Positions 14,103 to 23,722 of a DNA stretch of 24,000 bases are shown one piece after another. The translations under genes and the position numbers were made by a program. Within the stretch, counting starts at the first letter, position 1, and every line of letters begins with the position of its first letter. The stretch lies in contig JAYWAB010000196.1 of the NCBI GenBank assembly GCA_043782835.1, positions 2,019 to 26,018 of the forward strand, written 5' to 3'. The notes below the pieces were generated by a model. It made no database searches. It had not been told where the DNA came from and saw only the letters and a list, made by a program, of their open reading frames with translations. This DNA comes from Aestuariivirga sp. GTDB taxonomy: Bacteria; Pseudomonadota; Alphaproteobacteria; Rhizobiales; Aestuariivirgaceae.

Positions 14103-15497
14103 TCAACTGCTTTGCTCAACACCGGGGTCATCGGGCGGGCGGGGCAAGGCGGCAGTGGTTGCTGGGGCAGGGTCAATGATATCCGCAGCTTCCGGGCGAA
14201 ACCGCAAAAGTGGCGGTGTTGGTTGGGAAAAAGGCACGCGCCACTCACAAGGCACAATCTCGCCAGTCACCGGCGAAACCGGCACCCATTGAGATGCCGC
14301 CACACCATCTGAAACCCACATCGGGTCGCGCGGCGCGTGCAGAGCCTGCGCCAGCCACTGGCGGCTTTGACCTCTATTGCCTGCGGCATCTTCCACTTCG
14401 GCCATCAAGGCGCAAATGCTGGCAGCGGGCTGATCATTTGCGATGGAGGCGAGAATTTCACGCGCTGCTTCATGGCGGCCTGCACCCAGCGCCGCTTTGG
14501 CCAAGGCGTATCGCCCCTCAGCCGAAGTAGGCTCTTTGCCTGTCAAATCGCGCACCCGTTCAAATTGATTTTCAGCCGTGCCATCAGAAAGCTGTGCGGC
14601 CAAAGTGGCAAGATCACGATGAGGCGAGAGCGCCCAAGTCTCACGCAACGCTTTCAGTGCCTTGCGTGTATTGCCAGCTGCAAACAGCGTCCGCGCCAGA
14701 ACACAGGCCGCCGGAACCAATGCGGCGTCAAGCCCATGTGCGCTGGCAGCAAGGTCTTGCGCTTTGGATTTATTGCTGTCTTCTTCGGCCAAGGCCTGCG
14801 CTGTGAGCAATGCCGCCTGTTTGCGTGCTGCCGCGTCACGTGCCATCAAACCCACTTTGCTTTGCTGGGCCACATTGCGCGCTGCCCCTTCCCATTCCTT
14901 ATGCGCAATCAAGCTTTCAAGAACAGCGGCAGAAGCCCAAGGCAGGCGCGGGTTCTTGGCCAAAGCTGCTTCAGCATGTTTGCGCGCTGCCTGCCAGTCG
15001 CCCGCCCCGCGCGCGTCAGCAAAAAGCCCGCGCAATCCGAGAACCTCGGTGTCAGGGCTTTTGGCCATGCCTTCGAACACGCGTTTAACTTCGGCCCGGT
15101 CGCCGCGCAGCTGTGCAGCTTGCGCGCCCAGAAGTTTGACCAATGGTTCAACTGTCAGCGTCTCTCCTGCGATTGACGCATGACGGGCCGCAGCTTGATG
15201 ATCCCCCGCACCGGCAGCGACAATGCCGCGTGAAAGAGCTTCGTACGCCTTGCGCCTGCGCCTGGTTTTAGAATGCTCCCGCAGCCGCAAAGGCGCGCGC
15301 CAAATATGGTGGGCAACCCGCAGCACAAAATACAAAGCTGCAAAACTTAAGCACAGCAGCGTCACCCCCACCAAAACTGAAAGATGAATTTCGCGGCCCA
15401 GCCATTGGATGCTGATGTTGCCCGGCCTTTCGGCCAGCCACGTGATCGCCAGCCCGGCCAGAACCAAAAGCCCAAAGCGCCAGACCAGCTTGATCAT
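14103..15497 (-). CDS. hemY: HemY-like heme biosynthesis-associated TPR membrane protein
   Basis: Two N-terminal TM segments and the HemY_N-like pattern (ITWLAERPGNISIQWLGREIHLSVLVG...), then Ala-rich TPR-like repeats. The position after hemC-hemD-mic60-like is conserved. The ATG at 15497 is preferred over the TTG at 15503 used by the ORF track. Confidence 0.8.
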   Translation of the reverse strand: MIKLVWRFGLLVLAGLAITWLAERPGNISIQWLGREIHLSVLVGVTLLCLSFAALYFVLRVAHHIWRAPLRLREHSKTRRRRKAYEALSRGIVAAGAGDHQAAARHASIAGETLTVEPLVKLLGAQAAQLRGDRAEVKRVFEGMAKSPDTEVLGLRGLFADARGAGDWQAARKHAEAALAKNPRLPWASAAVLESLIAHKEWEGAARNVAQQSKVGLMARDAAARKQAALLTAQALAEEDSNKSKAQDLAASAHGLDAALVPAACVLARTLFAAGNTRKALKALRETWALSPHRDLATLAAQLSDGTAENQFERVRDLTGKEPTSAEGRYALAKAALGAGRHEAAREILASIANDQPAASICALMAEVEDAAGNRGQSRQWLAQALHAPRDPMWVSDGVAASQWVPVSPVTGEIVPCEWRVPFSQPTPPLLRFRPEAADIIDPAPATTAALPRPPDDPGVEQSS

Positions 15498-15499
15498 TC

Positions 15500-16588
15500 T
15501 CAACCTTTCGCTGCCACTTCCCGCGCAACGGCGGCGGTGATTTTCGCAATCGCCTGATCAAGCTTGATGCGCCTTGTTGCCGTGTCGCGCCAAGCTTGCA
15601 GGCCAGAAGGCAGAGCGGCCTCAGCCTTGCCCAAAACATCCACCGCCTGTGGCAAATCGCCAGACGCCGCAAAGGCCGAAGCCTTGGCTGCCGCTTGGCC
15701 CACATCATCGCTGCTCAAGGATTTCACACTGACAAGGTTTGAGAAGAACGCGCCAATCCTGTCTGTCCAACTCGCACCAGCCGTCGTTGACGGCTGCGGT
15801 TTCGGCAGGCCCGGCACCACTTGCGCCAGCATATCGCTGAGCTGCATTGCATTGGGCAAGCCCAATGACGCTTCTGCAGTTAACACATCAAACCCATCGG
15901 CCGCAGGCACAAGCTTCTGCAGCGCCGAAGCCTCTTCAAGAAAACCTTGCCCCGCCGCCGCCTTGGCTTTCAAATGATCAAGGGCTTGTTTGATCTGCGC
16001 GCCGTCTACTCTGTTTGGGGGAGGTGCTGCATCGCGCGTTGCCAACTGCTTTTCGAGAGCCTCAATCCGCGTCGTCAAGGCAGGATCCGCAGCGACGATT
16101 GCCCCACTTCCTGAGCCACTTTCCAGCTTGGCTTGAACATCACTCAACGCCTTTTTCTGGGCGTCGAGCGTCTGCTGTAAATCACTGACTGTGCCTGCGG
16201 TAATTTGAGCGATGGCCGAAACATCGGCACTTTGTTTTGCGCTTTTGTCGGACGCCGCCTGCGCTGCCCCCAGCTTGGCCTTTAATTCATCTGTGAGCGC
16301 GATCACCGCATCTACGCGTTTGGCGGCTTGTTTATTGCCACTTTCCAGGGCGTCAACCCGGGTGTTAAGCACTTGCAATTGATCATTGGGCAGATAATTG
16401 GCCAGCACATCGCGGTAGAGCCAGCCGCCAAGCACAGCCGAACCGAGCGCAAGTGCGGCACCAAAACCCAGCACGCGTTTCACATTGCTGCGCCCGGGCT
16501 GCGCTACAGCAGGCTTTACATCCTCAATGACATGAGGCTCAACGTCGATCACATCATCATTTTGTTTATCATCACTCATAACGCCCAC
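15500..16588 (-). CDS. Mic60/mitofilin-like (COG4223-type) coiled-coil inner-membrane protein
   Basis: 362 aa. N-terminal TM segment (VLGFGAALALGSAVLGGWLY), then a long Ala/Gln/Lys-rich coiled coil and a conserved-looking C-terminal domain. It sits between hemD and hemY, as described for alphaproteobacterial Mic60 homologues. The start is the GTG at 16588 or the ATG at 16579. Confidence 0.6.
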   Translation of the reverse strand: MGVMSDDKQNDDVIDVEPHVIEDVKPAVAQPGRSNVKRVLGFGAALALGSAVLGGWLYRDVLANYLPNDQLQVLNTRVDALESGNKQAAKRVDAVIALTDELKAKLGAAQAASDKSAKQSADVSAIAQITAGTVSDLQQTLDAQKKALSDVQAKLESGSGSGAIVAADPALTTRIEALEKQLATRDAAPPPNRVDGAQIKQALDHLKAKAAAGQGFLEEASALQKLVPAADGFDVLTAEASLGLPNAMQLSDMLAQVVPGLPKPQPSTTAGASWTDRIGAFFSNLVSVKSLSSDDVGQAAAKASAFAASGDLPQAVDVLGKAEAALPSGLQAWRDTATRRIKLDQAIAKITAAVAREVAAKG

Positions 16589-17299
16589 CTATTCTGCTTT
16601 GCCTGCAAGATCAAGCAGACCGAGCAGGGCCGCTTCCGTGGGCTCTGCTGCGATGGAAATGTGGGTATTTGGCGGCAATGCTTCTGCAACCTGCACGGAT
16701 AAACAATAATGCCTCAGCCGCAAAAGCGCCCGCGCCAGCCCCAGTCTTGCCAATTCATTCTGCCAGAGCTTGGCGCTGCGCGGAGAGTAAAGAAGAACGC
16801 CATCACTATCGGCTATTGCTTCGCGCCAACGATCGAGCTTTTGGGCAACCGCATCATAGGTAATCACGCGGTCCACATCAAAGCCAGCGGCCTTGAGCTG
16901 ACCTTCAAGATCGCCGGACGTTTCAGCCCCTGAAAGATAAAGCACCGGACCTTTGCGAGGGCTAAACCGCGCCTTAATATGCGCCACCAAACCATGCACA
17001 TCACCGCCAGCAGCAAGCACATTTGTGAAGCCCAAATTTTCAGCAGCCGCAGCCGATTGTGCGCCCACCGCCAAAACCGGAATAGCAAGATTGAGACCTC
17101 GACGTGCCTTATGCGAAAGTGCGCGCGGCCCATTGGCGCTGGTAACGGCGATCACTTGATAGACGCGTTTAGGAACCTGAACGTCGCGCCGCGGCCTGAT
17201 CGACAGCACCGGTGCAATCACCGCGTCATGGCCGCGCAGCCGCAGCGCTGCGGCAAGCTCCGGCGCATCCGCCTCAGGCCGTGTGACAACAAGTTTCAT
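16589..17299 (-). CDS. hemD: uroporphyrinogen-III synthase
   Basis: 236 aa. MKLVVTRPEADAPELAAALRLRGHDAVIAPVL is a typical HemD N-terminus. It lies directly downstream of hemC. Confidence 0.8.
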   Translation of the reverse strand: MKLVVTRPEADAPELAAALRLRGHDAVIAPVLSIRPRRDVQVPKRVYQVIAVTSANGPRALSHKARRGLNLAIPVLAVGAQSAAAAENLGFTNVLAAGGDVHGLVAHIKARFSPRKGPVLYLSGAETSGDLEGQLKAAGFDVDRVITYDAVAQKLDRWREAIADSDGVLLYSPRSAKLWQNELARLGLARALLRLRHYCLSVQVAEALPPNTHISIAAEPTEAALLGLLDLAGKAE

Positions 17300-17307
17300 G
17301 GCCAGCC

Positions 17308-18228
17308 TTAATAGGCAATGAGAGATCCGCCTTTTGCTTTCACTTCTTGGCCAGCTTCACGGCCCATACGCTCTGCATCAACAATCGTCCCTTGCCGCGT
17401 GGTGCCGAACACATGAACACCGTCCAACGTCAGGGCCTCGCCCCGAAAGGAAATCACCCCATCTTTCAAAACCGCATAGCCTGCAATCGGCGTGCGGCAA
17501 GAACCATCCAGCGCCGCCATGAAACCGCGTTCGCACGAAACCGCATGATGACTTTCAGCGTGATCAATTTTTGCCACAGCGGCCTTCACATTTTCCGCCT
17601 TCAATGTCGTTTGGATGCCAATGGCACCTTGCGCCACGGCGGGCAACATGTCGTTGATGTCAATCAAGCTGGTGATCCGGTCCGCCAATCCCAAACGCCT
17701 GAGGCCCGCTGCCGCAAGAAATGTTGCATCCGCCACACCGTCTTTCAGCTTTTGCAAACGGGTCTGCACATTGCCGCGAAAAGGGGCAGGCTGAAGATCA
17801 GGGCGCAGCCGCAAAGTTTGTGCCGTGCGCCGCACTGAGGATGAACCCAGCCTTGCGCCTTGCGGCAACGACCGCAAATCTGACGCAGCAAAACTGATAA
17901 AGGCATCGCGCACATCTTCGCGCGGCAAGATCGCGGCCAAGCCCAGGCCTTCTGGCATCTGCGCGGGCACATCCTTCATCGAATGTACCGCAAGATCGAT
18001 ACGCCCGGCGTAAAGCGCTTCTTCCAACTCTTTGGTGAACAGCCCCTTGCCGCCAATTTCGCTGAGCGGCCTGTCGCGCACTTCATCGCCCGTGGTGCTG
18101 ATCACCACAATTTCAAATGCATCTTCCGGCAACGCATGGGCAGCCATCAAACGCGCCCGCGTTTCATGCGCCTGTGCCAAGGCCAAAGGGGAACCACGCG
18201 TGCCGATTCGGAGAAAGTGCTTCGTCAT
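17308..18228 (-). CDS. hemC: hydroxymethylbilane synthase (porphobilinogen deaminase)
   Basis: LRIGTRGSPLALAQA...VVISTTGD...GGKGLFTKELE...DLAVHSMKDVP...VRGNVQTRLQKL...AAAGLRRLG...CRTPIAGYA are hallmark HemC motifs. The ATG at 18228 is preferred, and the ORF track begins at the TTG at 18237. Confidence 0.92.
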   Translation of the reverse strand: MTKHFLRIGTRGSPLALAQAHETRARLMAAHALPEDAFEIVVISTTGDEVRDRPLSEIGGKGLFTKELEEALYAGRIDLAVHSMKDVPAQMPEGLGLAAILPREDVRDAFISFAASDLRSLPQGARLGSSSVRRTAQTLRLRPDLQPAPFRGNVQTRLQKLKDGVADATFLAAAGLRRLGLADRITSLIDINDMLPAVAQGAIGIQTTLKAENVKAAVAKIDHAESHHAVSCERGFMAALDGSCRTPIAGYAVLKDGVISFRGEALTLDGVHVFGTTRQGTIVDAERMGREAGQEVKAKGGSLIAY

Positions 18229-18284
18229 GTTTGCCAAGATAGGGGCTGGCTGCTACAGCCTCAAGCAGGATTGCATATAAAATT

Positions 18285-19373
18285 ATGAATTTCACGACCT
18301 TGATATTGGGGATCGAAACCTCATGTGATGAAACCGCCGCCGCCGTGGTGCGTCGCCGTGCCGATGGCTCTGGTGATTTATTATCCAACATGGTCTATTC
18401 ACAGCTCAAAGACCACGCGCCCTACGGCGGCGTGGTGCCTGAAATTGCCGCCCGCGCCCATGTCACCCATCTGGACGGCCTGATCAAACAGGCGCTGCGA
18501 GAAGCCAAGGTGAGCTTCTCTGATCTTGACGGCGTGGCCGCTACCGCTGGGCCGGGCCTCCTGGGCGGGCTGCTTGTGGGCGTGATGGAGGCCAAAGGAA
18601 TTGCTTTGGCACGCGGTATTCCATTCTTAGCCGTGAACCATCTCGAAGGCCACGCACTGACCCCCCGCCTGTTGACGAAATGCGATTTCCCCTACCTGCT
18701 GCTGCTTATTTCCGGCGGCCACACGCAATTTCAGCTTGTTGCGGGCGTGGGCCGTTACACCAGGTTGGGCACAACCATTGATGATGCTTTGGGCGAAGCG
18801 TTCGACAAAGTGGCCAAACTTCTGGGCCTCGGGCTGCCCGGCGGCCCGCGCGTGGAAGCTGAAGCCAAGCGCGGCAATGTAGCACGCTTTGATTTCCCGA
18901 GGCCCCTGAAAGGCCGCGCTGATTGCAACTTCTCTTTCTCTGGTCTCAAAACCGCTGTGCGTGAATCTGTGCGTGAACTGGGATTGTTGTCCGAGCAAGA
19001 TATTGCCGATGTCTGTGCGTCTTTCCAGCAGGCCGTGGCGGATACGCTTTCAGATCGATTGGTCAAAGCTTTTGCCGCATTCCGAAACCTGCACACAATC
19101 GTCCAGCCCACACTGGTCGTTGCAGGCGGTGTCGCCGCCAATGCGGCCTTGCGTGGTGTGCTCGAAAAGCAATGCGCCGTCCATGGCGTCACGCTCAACG
19201 TGCCGCCTTTTCATCTGTGTACGGACAATGCCGCCATGATCGCTTGGGCCGGCGCCGAGCGCTTGGCGCTGGGCCTGACGGACGGGCTCGATTTTGCCGC
19301 CCGCCCGCGCTGGCCGCTCGATTCAATTTCAGCGCCGGTCTACGGCTTTGGCAAAATGGGAGCCAAGGCATGA
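18285..19373 (+). CDS. tsaD: tRNA N6-adenosine threonylcarbamoyltransferase
   Basis: [16 protein letters not shown]...[13 protein letters not shown]...VNHLEGHAL...LLISGGHTQ...[13 protein letters not shown]...GGVAAN are typical TsaD/Kae1 motifs. Confidence 0.92.
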   Translation: MNFTTLILGIETSCDETAAAVVRRRADGSGDLLSNMVYSQLKDHAPYGGVVPEIAARAHVTHLDGLIKQALREAKVSFSDLDGVAATAGPGLLGGLLVGVMEAKGIALARGIPFLAVNHLEGHALTPRLLTKCDFPYLLLLISGGHTQFQLVAGVGRYTRLGTTIDDALGEAFDKVAKLLGLGLPGGPRVEAEAKRGNVARFDFPRPLKGRADCNFSFSGLKTAVRESVRELGLLSEQDIADVCASFQQAVADTLSDRLVKAFAAFRNLHTIVQPTLVVAGGVAANAALRGVLEKQCAVHGVTLNVPPFHLCTDNAAMIAWAGAERLALGLTDGLDFAARPRWPLDSISAPVYGFGKMGAKA

Positions 19374-20254
19374 GCAGGATTGTCATTATCGGTGATGGTG
19401 CGTGGGGCAGGGCTTTAGTCATAGTTTTTGCAAAAGCGGGTCATGAGATTGCCATTTGGTCGCGCCGCAATCCGGTTTTGCCACACTCAAACGATGTATT
19501 TGTTGCCGCCGTTCCCGCTCAACATATGCGTGAGGTGTTGAGTAAAATCGCTGTTGGCCGAACTCCGTTGATCTCAGCCGCAAAGGGTATCGAACGCGCC
19601 AGCGGCAAGCTGATGGCCGAAGTGGCTGCCGAAGTTGCCCCGCAATCGGAATTTTATGCCCTCTCTGGTCCGAGTTTTGCGGCCGATGTGATCGCAGGAT
19701 TGCCCACCGCAGTGACACTCGCGGGGCCTGCCGCTATTCAATGGGCAGAAAAACTGGGCACCACGCATTTCCGCATCTATCCAACGACTGATGTGAAGGG
19801 CGTTGAGATCGGCGGGGCCATGAAGAATATTCTCGCGATTGCTTGCGGCATCTGTGAGGGACAGGGCTTGGGCGAAAGCGCGCGCGCCAGCCTGGTCACA
19901 CGCGGCTTTGCCGAACTTTCGCGCTACGCCCGCGCGCAAGGTGCGCAAAGCGAAACCTTAATGGGGCTATCCGGCATTGGTGATTTGATGCTGACCTGCA
20001 CCAGTGCAAAATCCCGCAACTATGCCTATGGTCATGCCATTGGGCGTGGAGCCTCGCTGGTGGAGGCGATGGCTGAAGCACGCGGTGTGGTGGAGGGGGC
20101 TTACTCAGCAGGCATAGCGGCAAAGCTTGCGCTCGAAAAGAAAATAGACATGCCTATCGTCACCGCCGTTGCCAATATTGTGGCAGGCCATTCCACCCCG
20201 CATGATGAAATCACAAAATTGCTCGCACGACCTGTGCGGGCCGAAAATCAATAA
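19370..20254 (+). CDS. gpsA: NAD(P)H-dependent glycerol-3-phosphate dehydrogenase
   Basis: [17 protein letters not shown] is a Rossmann GxGxxG motif. Also [11 protein letters not shown] and [17 protein letters not shown]. The ATG at 19370 overlaps the tsaD stop (ATGA). The 66-codon upstream extension in the ORF track (from 19172) lies inside tsaD and is Arg/Ala-rich junk. Confidence 0.9.
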   Translation: MSRIVIIGDGAWGRALVIVFAKAGHEIAIWSRRNPVLPHSNDVFVAAVPAQHMREVLSKIAVGRTPLISAAKGIERASGKLMAEVAAEVAPQSEFYALSGPSFAADVIAGLPTAVTLAGPAAIQWAEKLGTTHFRIYPTTDVKGVEIGGAMKNILAIACGICEGQGLGESARASLVTRGFAELSRYARAQGAQSETLMGLSGIGDLMLTCTSAKSRNYAYGHAIGRGASLVEAMAEARGVVEGAYSAGIAAKLALEKKIDMPIVTAVANIVAGHSTPHDEITKLLARPVRAENQ

Positions 20255-20262
20255 GGACCAAA

Positions 20263-20553
20263 ATGCTCTACGCCCTTCTCTGCACCGACAATGCCAACAG
20301 CAGCGAGCTGCGCGCCAAAGTGCGGCCTCAGCACCTTGCCTATTTGACCAGCTTGGGCGAGAAGATGAAATTTGCCGGGCCGTTTTTGAATGATGAAGAA
20401 ATTGCAATCGGCAGCTTGGTGATGATCGAGGCCGAAACCCGCAACGCCGCCGCAGTGATTGCTGCCAATGATCCTTATAAAATGGCAGGCCTCTTTGCAT
20501 CGGTTGAAATCAAAGCCTGGCGTTGGGCGCTGAATAATCCGGAGGCAAAATAA
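20263..20553 (+). CDS. YciI-like family protein
   Basis: 96 aa. MLYALLCTDN...RPQHLAYL...AGPF...GSLVMIEA...DPYKMAGLF...IKAWRW fits the YciI family pattern. Confidence 0.7.
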   Translation: MLYALLCTDNANSSELRAKVRPQHLAYLTSLGEKMKFAGPFLNDEEIAIGSLVMIEAETRNAAAVIAANDPYKMAGLFASVEIKAWRWALNNPEAK

Positions 20554-20972
20554 TGGCGAAATGGCTCTTCAAATCCGAGCCGGATGTGTTCTCTTATGAT
20601 CAGCTTGCCGCCAAGGGCAAGGCCGGCGAAGCGTGGACGGGAATCCGCAACTACCAAGCCCGTAACAACATGCGCCTGATGGAATTAGGCGATCAGGGCT
20701 TCTTTTATTATTCCAATATCGGCAAAGCCGTGGTGGGCATCGTGGAAGTGTGCCAATTGGTCCATGTCGATTTAACCGCTGAAAATCCGACATGGGAATG
20801 TGTAGATATTCGTGCCGTTGCGCCCTTGCCGCGCCATGTGACTCTCGATGAAATCAAGCTGGAAGCAAAGTTGAAAGGCATGGTTCTGGTTGTGAACTCG
20901 CGCCTCTCGGTGCAGCCTGTGACCGACGCCGAATGGAGCCATATTTGCAAAATGGCAGGTCATCGGGCTTGA
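20553..20972 (+). CDS. EVE (PUA-like, DUF55) domain protein
   Basis: 139 aa. WLFKSEPDVFSYDQL...WTGIRNYQARNNMRLMELGDQGFFYYSN...VGIVEV...RLSVQPV is the EVE-domain signature. There is a TAATG overlap with the preceding gene. Confidence 0.75.
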   Translation: MAKWLFKSEPDVFSYDQLAAKGKAGEAWTGIRNYQARNNMRLMELGDQGFFYYSNIGKAVVGIVEVCQLVHVDLTAENPTWECVDIRAVAPLPRHVTLDEIKLEAKLKGMVLVVNSRLSVQPVTDAEWSHICKMAGHRA

Positions 20973-21607
20973 TCAACCATACATCGTTCGTTGATCAGCA
21001 CACGGAGCAACTCCCAGTTCCGCTTGTGCCGGAAATCAAACTTCACCTTGCCCATGAAGCTTTGCCCCTGTGGCAGAAGACCGAAGAGGAATTGGGTGCC
21101 ATGGGTCTGCCGCCGCCCTTCTGGGCCTTCGCTTGGGCCGGTGGCCAAGCGCTGGCGCGTTATATTCTCGATCACCCGGAACTGGTGCGCAACAAAGCAG
21201 TTCTCGATCTGGCCTCTGGCTCCGGCCTTGTCGCCATTGCCGCCAAGCTTGCGGGCGCCAGCTCCGTTCTCGCCGCTGATATTGATACAATTGCCTGTGC
21301 TGCAATCGCATTGAACGCGAAATTGAACAATGTTGAACTGGCCATCACCAGCCAAGACCTTCTGGCCAAAACCCCAGATGTCTTTGACCTGATTTTAGTC
21401 GGCGATCTTTTCTATGAACAGTCCACCGCAGCAAGTTGCATGAGCTTTCTCAAACAGTCCAGGGCTGAAATCCTGATTGGTGATCCCGGCCGCGCCTATC
21501 TGCCCAAAGACCAATTGACAGAAGTGTCCCATTATGAAGTGCCTGTGACGCGTGACTTGGAAGACACAGAAATCAAGCGCAGCGCCGTGTGGAAGCTGCG
21601 CGCTTAA
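20933..21607 (+). CDS. class I SAM-dependent methyltransferase (COG3897-like)
   Basis: PPPFWAFAWAGGQALARYILDHPELVRNKAVLDLASGSGLVAIAAKLAGA carries motif I. Also LILVGDLFYE. The start is uncertain. The ATG at 20933 overlaps the EVE gene by 40 nt. The in-frame TTG at 20969 would give a TTGA overlap with its stop. Confidence 0.65.
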   Translation: MEPYLQNGRSSGLINHTSFVDQHTEQLPVPLVPEIKLHLAHEALPLWQKTEEELGAMGLPPPFWAFAWAGGQALARYILDHPELVRNKAVLDLASGSGLVAIAAKLAGASSVLAADIDTIACAAIALNAKLNNVELAITSQDLLAKTPDVFDLILVGDLFYEQSTAASCMSFLKQSRAEILIGDPGRAYLPKDQLTEVSHYEVPVTRDLEDTEIKRSAVWKLRA

Positions 21608-21707
21608 ACGGGTCATGACGCAAAAATCACTTTTATCCCAAGCATTCTGCGCTTAAACACAATGCAACGGCTATGCAAAGTGGCGATTGAATTCTGGGAG
21701 AAATGCT

Positions 21708-23651
21708 TTGTCTGATAAAATATATCCAGTTCCCGCCGCATGGAAAAAACGCGCCCATGTCGATGCTGCTGCCTACAATAAATCCTATGCGGATTCGCTG
21801 AAAGACCCAGCAAAATTCTGGGCCAAAGAAGCCAAGCGCATTGATTGGTTCAAGTTCCCCAAAAAAATCAAGAACACAACTTTCGAATATCCGAATGTCT
21901 CAATCAAATGGTATGAAGACGGCGTTCTCAATGTCTCATATAATTGTATTGATCGCCACCTGAAAAAGCGCGGCCACCAAGTGGCGCTGATCTGGGAAGG
22001 TGATAACCCTTATGATGAGCGCAAAGTCACCTATCAGGAACTGCACGATCATGTCTGCCGCTTTGCCAATGTTTTAAAAAAGATGGGCGTGAAGAAGGGC
22101 GACCGCGTGACCATCTACTTGCCGATGATCCTGGAAGCTGCTTACGCTATGCTGGCCTGCACGCGCATCGGCGCCGTCCATTCCATTGTCTTTGGTGGCT
22201 TCTCGCCCGAAAGTCTCGCGGGCCGCATGGATGACGCAGATTCGCATTTTGTGATCACTGCGGATGAAGGCGTTCGCGGCGGCAAAAAGATTCCGTTGAA
22301 GGCCAATACGGATGCAGCCGTCGCAAAAACCAAAGCGGGTGCCAAAGTTTTGATGGTCCGTCGCACGGGGGCTGCCGTGCCATTCAATGCTGAGCGTGAT
22401 GTCTGGTATCATGAGGCCGCCGCCAAAGTCTCTGCCATCTGCGAGCCCGAGAAAATGAAAGCGGAAGACCCGCTTTTTATTCTTTATACATCGGGCTCCA
22501 CTGGCAAGCCCAAAGGCGTGCTCCACACCACGGGCGGCTATATCACTTATGCCGCCTCCACATTCCACACCGTCTTTGACTATCACGAAGGTGAAATCTT
22601 CTGGTGCACGGCAGATGTGGGTTGGGTGACAGGCCACAGTTATATCGTTTATGGCCCGCTCGCCAATGGTGCCACATCACTCATGTTTGAAGGCGTGCCG
22701 AACTATCCATCGGTCTCACGTTTCTGGGAAGTGGTGGATAAATATCAAGTCAATATTTTCTATACGGCGCCAACAGCCTTGCGCGCGTTGATGCAACAGG
22801 GCGATGCGTCTGTGAAGAAAACGTCGCGCAAGTCGCTCAGGCTTTTGGGCTCAGTGGGGGAACCAATCAATCCTGAAGCGTGGGAGTGGTATCACCGTGT
22901 GGTAGGCGATGGCCGCTGCCCCATCGTGGATACATGGTGGCAAACTGAAACCGGCGGCATCATGATGACGCCGCTGGCCGGCGCACATAAGTTAAAGCCG
23001 GGTTCCGCTGCCATGCCGCTCTTTGGTGTAACGCCCGCCCTGGTCGACGAAAAAGGCGCGTTCCTCGAAGGCGAAACCTCGGGCAACCTTGTGCTGCTTG
23101 ACTCTTGGCCGGGCCAGGCTCGTACGGTTTATGGCGATCATCAGCGTTTTGTTGAAACCTATTTTTCCACCTACAAAGGCATGTATTTCACTGGCGATGG
23201 CTGCAAGCGTGACAAGGATGGCTATTACTGGATCACCGGGCGGGTTGACGACGTGCTCAACGTCTCGGGCCACCGCATCGGCACAGCAGAAGTTGAATCA
23301 GCACTCGTCGGCTGGGCTGGCGTGTCCGAAGCTGCCGTGGTGGGCTATCCGCATGACATCAAAGGACAGGGCATCTATTGCTACGTGACGCTGATGGCCG
23401 GCAAAAAGGGTGATGATGAAACCCGCAAGGATCTCGTCGCCCATGTGCGCAAAGAGATTGGCGCTTTTGCAAGCCCGGACAAAATCCAGTTCGCCCCGGG
23501 CCTGCCCAAAACCCGCTCTGGAAAAATCATGCGCCGCATCTTGCGCAAGATCGCCGAAGATGATTTTGGCGCGCTGGGTGATATTTCAACACTGGCAGAC
23601 CCGACGGTGGTGGACGATCTGGTGGCCAATCGGCAGAACCGCATAAATTGA
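21708..23651 (+). CDS. acs: acetyl-CoA synthetase (AMP-forming)
   Basis: Matches Acs throughout ([76 protein letters not shown]). The TTG at 21708, preceded by GGGAGA, gives the canonical MSDKIYPV N-terminus. The ORF track starts at the upstream TTG at 21687. Confidence 0.9.
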   Translation: MSDKIYPVPAAWKKRAHVDAAAYNKSYADSLKDPAKFWAKEAKRIDWFKFPKKIKNTTFEYPNVSIKWYEDGVLNVSYNCIDRHLKKRGHQVALIWEGDNPYDERKVTYQELHDHVCRFANVLKKMGVKKGDRVTIYLPMILEAAYAMLACTRIGAVHSIVFGGFSPESLAGRMDDADSHFVITADEGVRGGKKIPLKANTDAAVAKTKAGAKVLMVRRTGAAVPFNAERDVWYHEAAAKVSAICEPEKMKAEDPLFILYTSGSTGKPKGVLHTTGGYITYAASTFHTVFDYHEGEIFWCTADVGWVTGHSYIVYGPLANGATSLMFEGVPNYPSVSRFWEVVDKYQVNIFYTAPTALRALMQQGDASVKKTSRKSLRLLGSVGEPINPEAWEWYHRVVGDGRCPIVDTWWQTETGGIMMTPLAGAHKLKPGSAAMPLFGVTPALVDEKGAFLEGETSGNLVLLDSWPGQARTVYGDHQRFVETYFSTYKGMYFTGDGCKRDKDGYYWITGRVDDVLNVSGHRIGTAEVESALVGWAGVSEAAVVGYPHDIKGQGIYCYVTLMAGKKGDDETRKDLVAHVRKEIGAFASPDKIQFAPGLPKTRSGKIMRRILRKIAEDDFGALGDISTLADPTVVDDLVANRQNRIN

Positions 23652-23722
23652 AGGCTACGACTTGATAAATCAGGGCAGGCTCCCTAAATAAAGTGTAATG
23701 TTTTATCTCCGGGGCAAGCCCA

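Noticed and set aside
14112-15708. Multiple long ORFs overlapping the hemY-like gene in other frames or on the other strand (for example 14337-15176 +, 279 aa; 14662-15183 +; 15268-15708 -)
   Set aside because: They are Arg/Ala/Cys/Pro-rich translations typical of out-of-frame reading of GC-rich DNA. They lie entirely inside a gene with a clear family signature.
19172-19369. 66-codon N-terminal extension of gpsA given in the ORF track
   Set aside because: The extension lies within the tsaD coding sequence and has junk-like composition. The canonical GpsA N-terminus ([13 protein letters not shown]) begins at the ATG at 19370, which overlaps the tsaD stop.
16953-19422. Antisense or out-of-frame ORFs within hemD, hemC and tsaD (for example 17347-17838 +, 18755-19198 -, 18627-18998 -)
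   Set aside because: Same reasoning as above. They overlap strongly recognisable housekeeping genes and show low-complexity, Arg-rich composition.
23652-23722. Possible yybP-ykoY (Mn) riboswitch upstream of the TerC-family gene
   Set aside because: Only about 70 nt of spacer is available, and I could not recognise the conserved riboswitch core. This is too short and too unsupported to call.
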